Below, one piece after another: positions 36,982-49,744 of a DNA stretch of 64,000 bases. Under the pieces are notes generated by a model. The model was not told the DNA's origin, searched no databases, and saw only the letters and a program-made list of their open reading frames with translations. The stretch is from Malacoraja senta (taxonomy: Eukaryota), in contig CM075990.1 in NCBI GenBank assembly GCA_038087875.1, positions 1,986,001-2,050,000 of the forward strand, given 5' to 3'. The position numbers were made by a program, and so were the translations under genes. Numbering within the stretch: the first letter of the stretch is position 1; every line of letters begins with the position of its first letter.

Positions 36982-39153
36982 CATAGAAACATAGAAACAT
37001 AGAAAATAGGTGCAGGAGGAGGCCATTCGGCCCTTTGAGCCAGCACCGCCATTCATTGTGATCATGGCTGATCGTCCCCTATCAATAACCTGTGCCTGCA
37101 TTCTCCCCATATCCCTTGACTCCACTAGCCCCTAGAACTCTATCTAACTCTCTCTTAAATCCATCCAATGATTTGGCCTCCACTGCCCTCTGTGGCAGGG
37201 AATTCCATAAATTCACAACTCTCTGGGTGAAAAAGTTTTTTCTCACCTCAGTCTTAAATTACCTCCCCTTTATTCTAAGGCTGTGGCCCCTGGCTCTGGA
37301 CTCGCCCAACATTGGGAAAAAATTTCCTGCATCTAGCTTGTCCAGTCCTTTTATAATTTTATATGTTTCTATAAGATCCCCACCTCATCCTTCTAAACTC
37401 CAGTGAATACAAGCCTAGTCTTTTCAATCTTTCCTCATATGACAGTCCCGCCATCCCAGGGATCAATCTCGTCAACCTACACTGCACTGCCTCAATCACA
37501 AGGATGTCCTTCCTCAAATTAGGAGACCAAAACTGTACACAATACTCCAGATGTGGTCTCACCAGAGCCCTATACAACTGCAGAAGAACCTCTTTACTCC
37601 TATACTGAAATCCTCTTGTTATGAAGGCCAACATTCCATTAGCTTTCTTCACTGCCTGCTGTACCAGCTCGCCAACTTTCAGTGACCGGTGTACAAGGAC
37701 ACCCAGGTCTCGCTGTACCTCCCCCTTAACTAACCTAACCACATTGAGATAATAATCTGCCCCCTGGTTTTTGTCGCCAAAGTGGATAACCTCACATTTA
37801 TCTATATTATACTGCATCTGCCACGCATCTGCCCATTCACTCAACCTGTCCAGGTAACCCTGCAACCTCCAGACATCCTCTTCACAGTTCACACTGCCAC
37901 CCAGCTTTGTGTCATCCGCAAACTTGCTAGTGTTGCTCCTAATTCCCTCTTCCAAATCATTAATATATATGGTAAACAGTTGCGGCCCCAACACCGAGCC
38001 TTGCGGCACTCCACTCGCCACTGCCTGCCATTCTGAAAAGGACCCGTTCACTCCTACTCTTTGCTTCCGGTCTGCCAACCAATTTTCTATCCATGTCAAC
38101 ACCCTACCCCCAATACCATGTGCTCTAATTTTAGTCACCAGTCTCCCGTGCGGGACCTTATCAAAGGCTTTCTGAAAGTCTAGATACACTACATCCACTG
38201 GCACCCCTTCCTCCATTTTTCTTGTCACATCCTCAAAAAATTCCAGAAGATTATTTATGCATGATTTCCCTTTCATAAATCCGTGTTGACTTGGACTAAT
38301 CCTTTTATTGCTATCCAAATGCCCCATTATTACCTCTTTAATAATTGACTCCAGCATCTTTCCCACCCCCTTAGATCCTCTGTCCTCCAGTAAATCTGGG
38401 AGATTGTTTGTGTCTTCCTTAGTGAAGACAGATCCGAAGTACCTATTCAACTCTTCCGCCATTTCTTTGTTGCCCATAATAATTTCACCCGTGTCTGCCT
38501 TCAAGGGACTTTGCTACTCTTTTCCCTTAACATATCTAAAGAAGCTTTTACTGTCCTTTATATTCCTGGCCAGCTTCCCCTCGTACTTCATCTTTTCTGC
38601 CCGTATTGCCCGTTTTGTTTCCTTCTGTTGTCCTATGAAAGTTTCCCAATCCTCTGGCTTCTGGCTACTCTTTGCTGTGTTATACATCTTTTCTTTTAGT
38701 TTTATTCTATCCCTAACTTCTCTTGTCAGCCACGGTTGCCTCCTACTCCCCTTAGAATCTTTCTTCCTTTTTGGAATGAAATGATCCTGCGTCTTCTGGA
38801 TTATGCCCAGAAATTCCTGCCATTGCTGTTCCACCGTCATTCCTGCTAGGATCCCTTTCCAGTCTACTTTGGCCAGCTCCCCTCTCATGCCTTCATAGTC
38901 CCCTTTGTACTACTGCATCACTGCCACTTCCGATTTAACGTTCTCCTTCTCAAATTGCAGATTAAAACTAATCATATTATGATCACTACCTCAAAGCGGT
39001 TCCTTTACCTCGAGTTCTCGTATCATATCTGGTTCATTGGACAACACTAAATCCAGAATTGCCTTTTCTCTGGTCGGCTCAATTACAAGCTGCTCTAGGA
39101 ATCCATCTCGGAGGCATTCTACAAATTATCTTTCTTGGGGTCCTGAACCAACC
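36982..39153 (-). mobile_element. CR1 LINE ORF2 and 3' end with an internal deletion; runs into the assembly gap
   Basis: ORFs 37359-38504 and 38514-38888; (catagaaa)n tail at 36982-37005. Confidence 0.94.
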
Positions 39154-39353
39154 NNNNNNNNNNNNNNNNNNNNNNNNNNNNNNNNNNNNNNNNNNNNNNN
39201 NNNNNNNNNNNNNNNNNNNNNNNNNNNNNNNNNNNNNNNNNNNNNNNNNNNNNNNNNNNNNNNNNNNNNNNNNNNNNNNNNNNNNNNNNNNNNNNNNNNN
39301 NNNNNNNNNNNNNNNNNNNNNNNNNNNNNNNNNNNNNNNNNNNNNNNNNNNNN
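39154..39353. other. Assembly gap (200 N)
   Basis: Run of exactly 200 N flanked by CR1 copies in opposite orientation. Confidence 1.
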
Positions 39354-39810
39354 TTCATATGAAGAAAGACTGGATAGATTTGGCTTGTACTCGCTAGAAT
39401 TTAGAAGATTGAGGGGGATCTTATAGAAACTTACAAAATTCTTAAGGGGTTGGGCAGGCTAGATGCAGGAAGATTGTTTCCGATGTTGGGGAAGTCCAGA
39501 ACAAGGGGTCACAGTTTAAGGATAAGGGGGAAATCTTTTAGGACCGAGATGAGAAAAACATTTTTCACACAGAGAGTGGTGAATCTCTGGAATTCTCTGC
39601 CACAGAAGGTAGTTGAGGCCAGTTCATTGGCTATATTTAAGAGGGAGTTAGATGTGGCCCTTGTGGCTAAAGGTATCAGGGGGTATGGAGAGAAGGTAGG
39701 TACAGGATACTGAGTTGGATGATCAGCCATGATCATATTGAATGGCGGTGCAGGCTCGAAGGGCCGAATGGCCTACTCCTGCACCTATTTTCTATGTTTA
39801 TGTTTCTACG
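39354..39810 (+). mobile_element. CR1 3' end
   Basis: Near-identical to 2215-2654. Confidence 0.93.
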
Positions 39811-40082
39811 TTTAGACATACAGCGCAGAAACAGGCCCTTCGGTCCGCTGAGTCTGCACCGACCAGCGATCCCTGCATATCAACACTGTAGTAGGAACAA
39901 TTTTTACATTTATATCAAGCAAATCAACCTACAAACCTGTACGCCTTTGGAGTGTGGGAGGAAACCGAACTTTCTCAGAGAAAACTCACACAGGTCACGG
40001 GAGAACGTACAAACTCTGTACAGACAGCACCCGCAGTCAGGATCGAACCCGGGTTTCTGGCGCTGTGAGGTAGCAACTCTAC
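39811..40082 (-). mobile_element. V-SINE
   Basis: Reverse-complement V domain, B box and tail. Confidence 0.85.
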
Positions 40083-40084
40083 GT

Positions 40085-40860
40085 ATTCAGGATGATTTGA
40101 CATTGATTTTCATAGCAGCCCCACTTCTCGCGGGGTGGTCTCGAAGCTATCTCGCCATTTTTCTGTCCACGGATCTCCGGGAATACTGTTATCTGACAAG
40201 GGCAGACAATTTACCCGCCAACACTTCAGGAATTTGCTGCACGCTGGAATTTTCGCCACATCACCAGCAGCCCTGAATATCCACCGTCAAATGGACTAGC
40301 TGAGCGGGCTGTCAAGAGTGCCAAACAGCTCATGGAACGTTCGTACAGAGCTAATTCCGAAGTGTTCCTGGATCTACTCAACTTACGCAACATCTCCCGT
40401 GACCCCATTTTGGGTTCACCTGCTCAACGTTTATTGTCGAGGTAGACCCGAGCCACGTTGCCTGTGACGGATCAGGCATTGATCCCACAGGTGGTTCCAC
40501 GATCGGAAGTCCAGTCCAGGTTACAACAAAAACATGACATTCAAAAACAATGGTATGACAAAACAAGTAGGCCGCTGCCACCGTTAATCAAGTGGTTCGT
40601 TTACAGACTGACAAAGGCCATGACCTTATCAGTGGAATATCAGGAACTGCTTCTGAGCCACGCTGATACCTTGTCAGTGCCGATGGCGGCACCTCCAGGC
40701 GTAATAGACAACATATCCTGCCTGTGAACGAGCCAGCTCCACCTCCATATTATCCAGACCGTACAAGTGTACTTCCGTCTGTGTCCAGTCGCATTAATCC
40801 GCCTACACCAGCACAACAGTGCGAGAGACAACGCATACAGTTAACGAAAGGCTACCTGAC
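40085..40860 (+). pseudogene. Ty3/Gypsy integrase C-terminal fragment (Mag-like)
   Basis: HGSPGILLSDKGRQF...HITSSPEYPPSNGLAERAVKSAK...LLNLRN...GSPAQRL...QKQWYDKTSRPLPPL...RRNRQHIL. Confidence 0.85.
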
Positions 40861-41144
40861 AAGAAACGTCTCCTTTGAGTATCCAGACTCCATTTCCTGT
40901 TGGCCTCTGTATTTGTTGACCACAGAATTTGATTTGCTTTATGAATAAATTACATTAAAACTAGATGAACTTCCCTTCTCTATTTATCTCCGGCTGTACA
41001 TCTTTATATAATTACATCAGATTCTGAAAGCGGTTCACTTTCCCATCTGTTGATAAAACCTGGCTGATGCAGAATTTCCGTCAACAAGTGGGCAAGTTGG
41101 GCCGAAGACCCAGTCACCACCCTTTCTCCAACCGCAGAGTCATA

Positions 41145-41840
41145 GAGTGATACAGTGTGGAAACAGGCCCTTCGGCCCAGCTTGCCCACACCGGCCAACA
41201 TGTCCCATCTACACTAGCCCCACCTGCCTGCGTTTGGCCCATTTCCCTCCAAACCTGTCCTATCCAAGTACCAGTCTAACTGTTTCTTGAACGTTGGGAT
41301 AGTCCCTGCCTCAACTGCCTCCTCTGGCAGCTCGTTCCACACACCCACCACCCTCTGTGTGAAAAAGTTACCCCTCAGATTCCTATTGACTCTTTTCCCT
41401 TTCACCTTAAACCTGTGTCCTCTGGTCCTCGATTCACCTACTCTGGGCAAGAGACTGCATCTACCTGATCTATTCCTATTGTTAAGTAAGTTAAAAATGG
41501 TGTCTAACATCAGAGTGAAAGGCAGGAGATGAGAGGAGTGGTGATTGATGGTTTTATTACACATGTTTAGTGCTGTTGTTCAAAGCCACATCGTCTCACA
41601 GAGAGTGGTGTCTGTGGAATTCTCTGCCTCAGAGGGCGGTGAAGGCAGGTTCTCTGGATGCTTTCAAGAGAGAGCTAGATAGGGCTCTTAAAAATAGCGG
41701 AGTCAGGGGATATGGGGAGAAGGCAGGAACGGGGTACTGATTGGGGATGATCAGCCATGATCACCTTGAATGGCGGTGCTGGCTCGAAGGGCCGAATGGC
41801 CTACTCCTGCACCTATTGTCTATTGTCTATTGTCTATAAG
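41145..41840. mobile_element. Two CR1 3' fragments (41145-41475 minus; 41597-41840 plus)
   Basis: FFTQRVV..WN.LP motifs and microsatellite tails. Confidence 0.85.
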
Positions 41841-42239
41841 GCCAGATCAAGCAGGAATGGTTAAGGCCATTTGGCCCTTCAGGCCTCTGCCATTTATAGG
41901 GTCAAGGCTGATTGAACACTCCCCATCCTCTTCTCCATAACCCGTACAGGTTTCAGAGCTTATGGGGAGAAGGCAGGAGAATGGGGTTAGGAGGGAGAGA
42001 TAGCTCAGCCATGATTGAATGGTGGAGTAAACTTGATGGGCCGAATGGCCTAATTCTACTCCTATTCCTTATGACCTTATGAACCCTTGGAAATCAAATA
42101 TACACCTTGTCTTTCAATAGAACATAGAATAGTGCAGCACATGAACAGGCCCTTCGGCCCACAATGTGTGTGCGTGTGTGCTTGCCCACCCAGGACCAAA
42201 TGTATTCACATTCCTCAACATGTGGTCTAGATAATACTT

Positions 42240-42790
42240 TTCAGTTCAGTTCAGTTTAGTTTATTATCACGTGTACTGGGGTACAGTGAAAAGCTTTTGT
42301 TGCGTGCTTACCAGTCAGTGGAAAGACAATACATGATTACAATTCGCAGTGTACAGATACATGATAAGGGAATAACGTTTAGTGTAAGGTAAAGTCTGAT
42401 CAAAGGTAGTCCGAGGGTCATCAATGAGGTAGATAGTAGATCGGGACCGCTCTCTGGTTGTGGTAGGGTGGTTCAGTTGCCTGATAACAGCTGGGAAGAA
42501 ACTGTCCCTGAATCTGGAGGTGTGCGTTTTCATACGACTGTGTGTTTCCACTCTAACCCGCTTGAAATATAAGCCGACACATCCATTGGGGTTGCGACTT
42601 ACCTGTGAAGCACCTGCTCCAAACAGTATCGATGGGGCCGAAGTGTCAATGGTTGAGAGCTCCAAGTTCCTTGGTGTCAACATTACCAATCATCTGTTGT
42701 GGACCAAGCACGTTGAAGCATTCGTGGAGAAGGCAAACCGATGCCTCTGTTCCTGAGGGAACAGAGGGAATTCTGCATGTCTCCAATGAT
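42240..42790. mobile_element. Rex1/Babar fragments (3' end on minus strand 42240-42535; plus-strand piece ~42625-42790)
   Basis: MKTHTSRFRDSFFPAVIRQLN; VESSKFLGVNITNHLLW. Confidence 0.75.
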
Positions 42791-43039
42791 GCTGCTTACC
42801 AACTTCCGGCTTGGGCGGACCGTCATGGGGAGGGGGGTTAGAACAAAGGGGGACCTGGCGTGGGGTGGGGGGGGGCAACTTGTAACTTTGTAAGCACCCT
42901 TTATGGCCGACTATTTGCATACCTTAGGTACTCAAGCAAAGAATTTCACCGTGACTGGTCACGTGTGACAAATAAGTATTCAATTCATTTCAATTCGATC
43001 ATTCAGAGAGAGTATAGTGGTTTGCGATTTTTTGTTTTA

Positions 43040-44120
43040 GTCTAGAGGTACAGCGTGGAAACAGGACCTTCGGCTCACCGAGTCCATGCTGATAGTGATC
43101 ACCGCACACTTACACTATCCTATAACACTATGGACAATTTACAATTGTACCAAGCCAAATAACCTACAAACCTGCATGTCTTTGAGTGTGGGAGGAAACC
43201 AGAGCCCCCGGAGAAAACCCACGCAGTCACAGGGAGAACGTTCAAACTCCATACAGACAGCACCCGTAGTCAGGATCGAACGCGGGCCTCTGGCGCTGTA
43301 AGGCAGCAACTCTACCGCTGCACCACCATGCCGCCCCCTCTGTTCTCCCATTCTTCCATTTGTACATCTCCTTACAGATCCAGTATGATGGCCCCCACAT
43401 TCTTCCAAGCTTCTTGTACTTGATTATCCTGAGAATTGCATGTCCAGAGACCGTTTGTCAAAAAATGATTTCTTCATTAAACCATGTTTGTTCTTTCCAA
43501 CCACGTTATGCTTTGCCAAGTCCTTCCCTAAACGTGACAATCCAATTATTACACGGTGGCGCAGCGGTAGAGTTGCTGCCTCACAGCGCCAGAGACCCGG
43601 GTTCAATCCTGACTACGGGTGCTGCCTGTACGGAGTTAGCACGGTCTCCCTGTGACCGTGTGGGTTTTCTCTGGGTGCTCTGGCCTCCTCCCACATTCTA
43701 AACACATACAGGTTTCTTGGTTAATTGGCTTCAGTAAAAGATTGCAAATTATCCGTAGTGTGTAGGATAGTGGTTGTGTACGCGGATCGTTGGACGGTAC
43801 GGACACGGTGGGCTAAAGGGCCCGTATCCGCTCTGTACCCCCAAACTAAAAAAAATAGACCCGGGTTGGATCCTGACTACAGATGCTGTCTGTACGGAGT
43901 TTGCACGGTCTCCCTAGTGACCGTGTAAGTTTTCTCCGGGTGCTCCAATTTCCTCCCACATTCCAAAAACATGCAGGTTTGTAGGTTAGTTGGCTTTTGT
44001 AAATTGTCCCAAGTGTGCTGGACAGAACTAGTGTGTGGGGATCACTGGTCGGCGCGGACTCAATGGGCCGAAGGGCCTGTTTCCATGCTCTATCTCTAAA
44101 GCAAAGTAAACTAAAGTAAA
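43040..44120. mobile_element. V-SINE cluster (43040-43335 minus; 43551-43850 and 43857-44120 plus)
   Basis: A/B-box heads and V domains. Confidence 0.88.
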
Positions 44121-44282
44121 GTGTTCCTTTTCTCCAGAGATGTTGCCTGACCGCTGAGTTACTCCAGCTTTTTGTGTTCATCTTCTGTGTAAACCAGCAT
44201 CACTACTTCCTTCCTACATGGATAAGAGAGAATATCAGTCTTATCTCATTCATCATTCACCAGTGCAGAATAATGAGAGTTA

Positions 44283-44516
44283 AGATAGACACAAAATACT
44301 GGAGTAACTCAGCGGGACAGACAGCATCTCTGGAGAGAGGGAATAGGTGACGTTTCGGGTCGAGACCCGTCTTCAGATGAAGGGTCTCGACCCGAATATC
44401 TGTAGAATGGTCTCACCCATTCCTTTTTTCCAGAGATGCCGCCTGTCCCCCAGAGTTACTCCAGCTTTTTGTGTCTATCTTCGGTGTAAACCAGCATCTG
44501 CAGTTCCTTCCTACAC
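44283..44516. repeat. Head-to-head inverted pair of PLE pLTR/hammerhead repeats
   Basis: Minus copy 44283-44376 abuts plus copy 44378-44516. Confidence 0.85.
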
Positions 44517-45311
44517 TTTGGGTGTGAGGAGTTCAGGAAGAGGACTGCAGAAAACATGAAGCATCAGTGGGCTGAAATAGTGACTGGGATTCCCTGGTTG
44601 TATGGCGTAACTTTGATGGGAAGGTTTAAAAATGCATTTGGAAAATGTGATGAATGAATGATTGAAAATGGTTACAATGATACCACAATGTACGACCGCA
44701 GGCTTGGGTTAGTTTGCTCACTGACTGACCTCATTTAATTCTTTTCTTGCACTTACATCTCACTGAAAATACGTTGTCAGTTCTTGTTTCTCTCAGCAAC
44801 CAAAATTATTGCGAGTTCCACTGACACAAAACACAATAGACAACAGACAATAGGTGCAGGAGCAGGCCATTTGGCCCTTCGATCAGCCATTCAATGTGAT
44901 CATGGCTGATCATCCCCAATCAGTACCCCGTTCCTGCCTTCTCCCCATATCCCCTGACTCCGCTATTTTTCAGAGCCCTATCCAGCTCTCTCTTGAAAGT
45001 ATCCAGAGAACTGGCCTCCACCGCCCTCTGAGGCAGAGAATTCCACAGACTCACCACTCTCTGTGAGAAAAAGTGTTTCCTCGTCTCCGTTCTAAATGGC
45101 TTACTCCTTATTCTTAAACTGTGGAAAAGGTGTACTTTTCTCCCACATGTGTACGGCACGGTGGCGCAGCGGTAGAGCATGTCTTTGGAAAGACATGTTC
45201 TACTTGCTTTTTTAGTTCCTTATTTTGTTCTGAGATCAATTATTTTCAAAAGTACATTCTTCAGAGGCAGAATTATTTGGTCAGAGAATGCAGAGGATAA
45301 TATATGGTTGA

Positions 45312-45548
45312 CAGACACAAAATGCTGGAGTAACTCAGCGGGGCAAGAAGCATCTCTGGAGAGAAGGAATAGGGTGACGTTTCGGGTCGAGACCCTTCTT
45401 CATACTGAAGACTGAAGTCTGAAGAAGGTTCTCGACCCGAAACGTCACCCATTCCTTCTATCCAGAGATGCTTCCTGTCCCGCTGAGTTACTCCAGCATT
45501 TTGTGTCCATCTTCGATTTAAACCAGCATCTGCAGTTCTTTCCCACAC
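45312..45548. repeat. Head-to-head inverted pair of PLE pLTR/hammerhead repeats
   Basis: Minus copy 45312-45405 and plus copy 45417-45548. Confidence 0.88.
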
Positions 45549-45586
45549 AGTATATGGCGATATTGATAGGTCAAGTGAGTGGGCAA

Positions 45587-46565
45587 AGATACAGCATGGA
45601 AACAGGCCCTTCGGCCCATCAAGTCCACGCCGACCATTGATCACCTTTTCACACTAGTTCTATGTTATCCCACTTTCCGATCCACTCCCTACGCACTAGG
45701 TGTAATTTACAGAGGCCAATTAGTCTACAAACCCACGCGTTTTTGGAGTGTGGGAGGAAACCGGATCACCCGGAGGAAACCCACGCAGTCACAGGGAGAA
45801 CGTACAAACAGCACCTGTAGTCAGGATCGAACCCGTGTCTCAGCGGCTCTACCCCTGAGCCACCCTGCGGTCCCAAGAGAGGGAAGGCTTGTGAGCCGAG
45901 AGGGAAGCAGCCTGGGGATTAAGGGGAGCGGCAGGAAGAGTGTGGTGGTGCAGGGTCTGTTGTTGAGGTCACCACTGCACCACTGTGCCGTCCGATTGTA
46001 TTAGAGGTCATTGTACAGGATAGGCTCGAAGGGCTGAATGGCCTCCGTTTATGTGAAACAATTCTCCATCGGAGGCAGAGGTGCGTCACGGTGGTGCAGC
46101 GGTAGAGCTGCTGCCTTGCAGCACCAGATACCCCGGTTCGATCCTGACCATGGGTGCTGTCTGTACGGAGTTTGTATGTTCTCCCTGTGACCCCCGTGGG
46201 TTTTCTCCGGGTGCTCTGGCTTCCAACCACACTCCAAAGATGTATGTTTGTCGGTTAATTGGCTTCTGTATATTGTTCCTCATATGTAGTTGAGGCCAGT
46301 TCATTGGCTATATTTAAGAGGGAGTTAGATGTGGCCCTTGTGGCTAAAGGGATCAGGGGGTATGGAGAGAAGGCAGGTGCAGGATACTGAGTTGGATGAT
46401 CAGCCATGATCATATTGAATGGCGGTGCAGGCTCGAAGGGCCGAATGGCCTACTCCTGCACCTATTTTCTATGTCTATGTCTATGTAGGTTGTACGGGTG
46501 ATCATTGGTCGGCACGGTCCCGGTGGGCCGAAGGGCCTGTTACCAAACTCTATCTCCAAACTAAG
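45587..46565. mobile_element. V-SINEs (45587-45860 minus; 46087-46565 plus, split by CR1 3' piece 46286-46485)
   Basis: V domains; CR1 tail sequence as at 2470-2654. Confidence 0.85.
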
Positions 46566-47319
46566 CACATCTCATTTTAGCTTTGCCCCTCTCTCCTAAG
46601 TAACTAAGTAAGTTTATTGGCCAAGTATTCACATACAAGGAATTTGCCTTGGTGCTCCGCCCACAAGTAACAACATGACATACAGTGACAGTTACGAATG
46701 ACTCAGAAAACACTAAACATTAATAATAATAAAACATTAATGATAAAACACCATTGACCAAGCATGTGAACCAACAAAATAAAAGCTATACCCTCTAGTC
46801 TTTAACATTTGCACCCTGTAAGTGAGAATTTCATTGATCTATCTTGGACATATGACAATAACACACTCTTGTGTTTTGTGTTTTGTGTATTTTGTGCTTT
46901 TTTTTTAATGACTGTTGGCAAATCAATTTCCATCCTAGGATTAATAAAGTCTATCGTATGGTGTCGTATTGCATCGTACAGGACTAGTGTAGGGGTGATG
47001 GCTGGGCTGGTCGGCACGGGCTCGGAGGGCAGAAGGGCCTGTGTCTGCGCTGAATGTTCAAGACTAAAGTCTCGAGTGACACAGTATAGGTTTCCCTTGC
47101 ATGTGACACTGGGCTTTGTGCACTGGGGAGGGTAGAGGGGAGAGGGGGGGGGATAACATGCTGTGGGAAGCTGCAAGCAGAGGGAACACTGGACCATTCC
47201 ACTCATACAGGGTGATGTGTGGGAGGACACATCGAAGGATTGGCTGTCCGCCGTGCGCTAGCGAAGGCCCCCTTTATACATGCCCACAGCAGAGAGACAG
47301 AGAGCAGGCAGGCAGTGGG

Positions 47320-47320
<1 letters not shown>

Positions 47321-47352
<32 letters not shown>

Positions 47353-47353
47353 C
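47321..47353. repeat. (CTG)n trinucleotide repeat in unique sequence
   Basis: ctgctgctgttgctgctgctgctgctgctgctc. Confidence 0.9.
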
Positions 47354-49744
47354 CATTCACATGTACCCTCCTCCCTCGCACTTCAGCAGGTAGGAACACC
47401 ATGTGTTTTGTTCAGCTTTCTTTCGGGCTATTTGCTCTCCGTTCCCTCTTCCCTGCAATGCTCATTCAGCCGAGGCACCATCTTATCGCAATGATAAGCA
47501 CATCACGGAAATACTACTCTGGCTGTTGCCAAGTGCCTCCACGTTCAACTGGATGTTGTTGTCTCGGAGAATGAACCGGGCTCAAAAAACAGCAACGATA
47601 GGCACAAAATGCTGGAGTAACTGAGCGGGTCAGGCAGCATCTCGAGAGGAAAAGGAATAGGTGACGTTTCGGGTCGAGACCCTTCTCCAGACTGAGATGA
47701 TTATTTTGTATGTTGTTGTAGATAAAATAGCAATGTGAGTGTGGTATTTTATGTGTTAAAAACGCTGGCAGTCAGCATGCAGTTTGTTCAAGGCTTCTGT
47801 GGCAAAATGCTGTGTGTGTGTGTGTACAGTGTGTCAGTGGATGAAGTGTGCATTGCTATCATCTGCTTGCAGTGTGTGTTGATGTTTGAGCAGCCAGCGG
47901 GGACACCTCCAGCACTGACTCACTCACTCACTCACTCGCTCACTCGCTCGATCACTGCGGATCATGCAATTACCAAGTCAGCACTGCACTGAACCAGCGG
48001 ACAGTGGGGCATCACCAGCCAGAGTATAGTGAAGATGCACGCAAAAAGCTGGAGGAACTCAGCGGGGCATAGAAACATCGAAACATAGGTAAATAGGTGC
48101 AGGAGTAGGCCATTCGGCCCTTCGAGCCAGCACCGCCATTCAATACGATCATGGCTGATCATCCAAAATCCGGCTATTTTCCCCATATCCCTTGATTCCG
48201 TTGGCCCTAAGAACAAAATCGGACTCTCTCTTGAAAACATCCAGTGAATTGGCCTCCACTGCCTTCTGTGGCAGAGAATTCCACAGATTCACAACTCTCA
48301 GGGTGAAAAAGTTTTTCCTCATCTCAGTTCTAAATCCCTATTCTTAAACCGTGACCCCTGGTTCTGGACTCGGGAACATTTTTCCTACATCTAGCCTGTC
48401 CAATCCTAAAGAATTTTATATGTTTCTATAAGATTCCCTCTCATCCTTCTAAATTCCAGTGAATACAAGCCCATTGACAGGCAGCATCTCTGGAGAGAAG
48501 GAATGGGTGACGTATCAGGTCGAGACCCTGCTTCAGACTGGTTAGGGATAAGGGAAATGAGAGATATAGATGTTGATGTGGGAAGATAAAGAACAATGAA
48601 TAAAAGATATGCAAAAAAGTAACGATGATAAAGGACTAATGGAGTGCCTCAGGGTTCGGCGTTGGGCACATTGCCATCTGTCATCTTTTTAGTTCAGTTT
48701 AGTTTAGAGATACAGTGCGGAAACAGGCCCTTCGGCCCAACTTGCCCACACCGACCAACATGTCCCATCTAGTCCACCGACCAGCGATCGACACACATTA
48801 ACACTATCCTACACACACTGGGGACAATTTTTACATTAATACCAAGCCAATTAACCTACAAACCTGTACGTCTTTGGAGTGCAGGAGGAAAACCGAAGAT
48901 CTCGAAGAAAACCCACGCAGGTCACGGGAAGAACGTACAAACTCCGTACAGACAGCTCCCGTAGTTAGGATGGAACCCGGGTCTCCGGCGCATACAGCAC
49001 ATAATCCTCGGACATCTGTTGCTGGCCCTGATTTGTTCTGGCCTTTTATCGCCTCCAGTTCCCACCCCCCCCCCCCTCCCACCCATCTCTACTTTCAGTC
49101 TGAAGAAGGGTCTCGACCCAAAACGCCATCTATTCTTTTCCTCCAGAAATGCTGTCTGTCCCACTGAGTTACTCCAGCGTTTTGCGTCTATCTCCGATAT
49201 CAACCAGCATCTGTCGTTCCTTCCTCCACAGGTGTGTCAGTAGAGTGGGCAGTTCAGCAAATGTGTGATTGCAAACTGATTTCAAAAGAATGCAAGTGTT
49301 TGGTCACCCAGCCTGCATCTCAGGGTAGAAATTGTGAATCGCAAGTTGGTTGTGGTTTCCCATTGGAGAGGTCAATGTATGTTCATCAACGCGCATTCAT
49401 AGGCTGGCACGGTGGCGCAGCTGGTAGAGCCACTGTCTCACAGCATCAGAGACCCGGGTTCGACCCTGACCTCGGATGCTGTCTGCCTGGAGTTTGCATG
49501 TTCTCCCTGTGACCTGTTGGGTTTCCTCCGCGTGCTCCGGTTTCCTCCCACATCCCAAAGATGTGCAGGTTTGTAGAGAAATTGACCGCTGTAAATCGCT
49601 ACTGGTGGGTAGGTGGCGCAACAATTAGTGATGTTCTCTCACAGCATCAGAGTCCCAGGTTCGATCACGACCTTGGGTGCTGTCTGTGTGGAGTTTGCAT
49701 GTTCTCCCTGTGACCTCTTGGTGTTCCAGTTTCCTCTCACAAGT

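Noticed and set aside
39037..39426. ORFs spanning the N run and an apparent inverted CR1 arrangement across it
   Set aside because: Assembly gap; true distance and orientation are unknown
47258..47356. Minus-strand polyQ ORF (MEQQQQ...) or plus-strand poly-Leu/Ala/Cys peptides
   Set aside because: Any CTG repeat yields these; the ORFs are short with no other homology
47977..48008. REST/NRSE site (tcagcac...ggacag)
   Set aside because: Half-sites are ~13 nt apart and degenerate; not supportable
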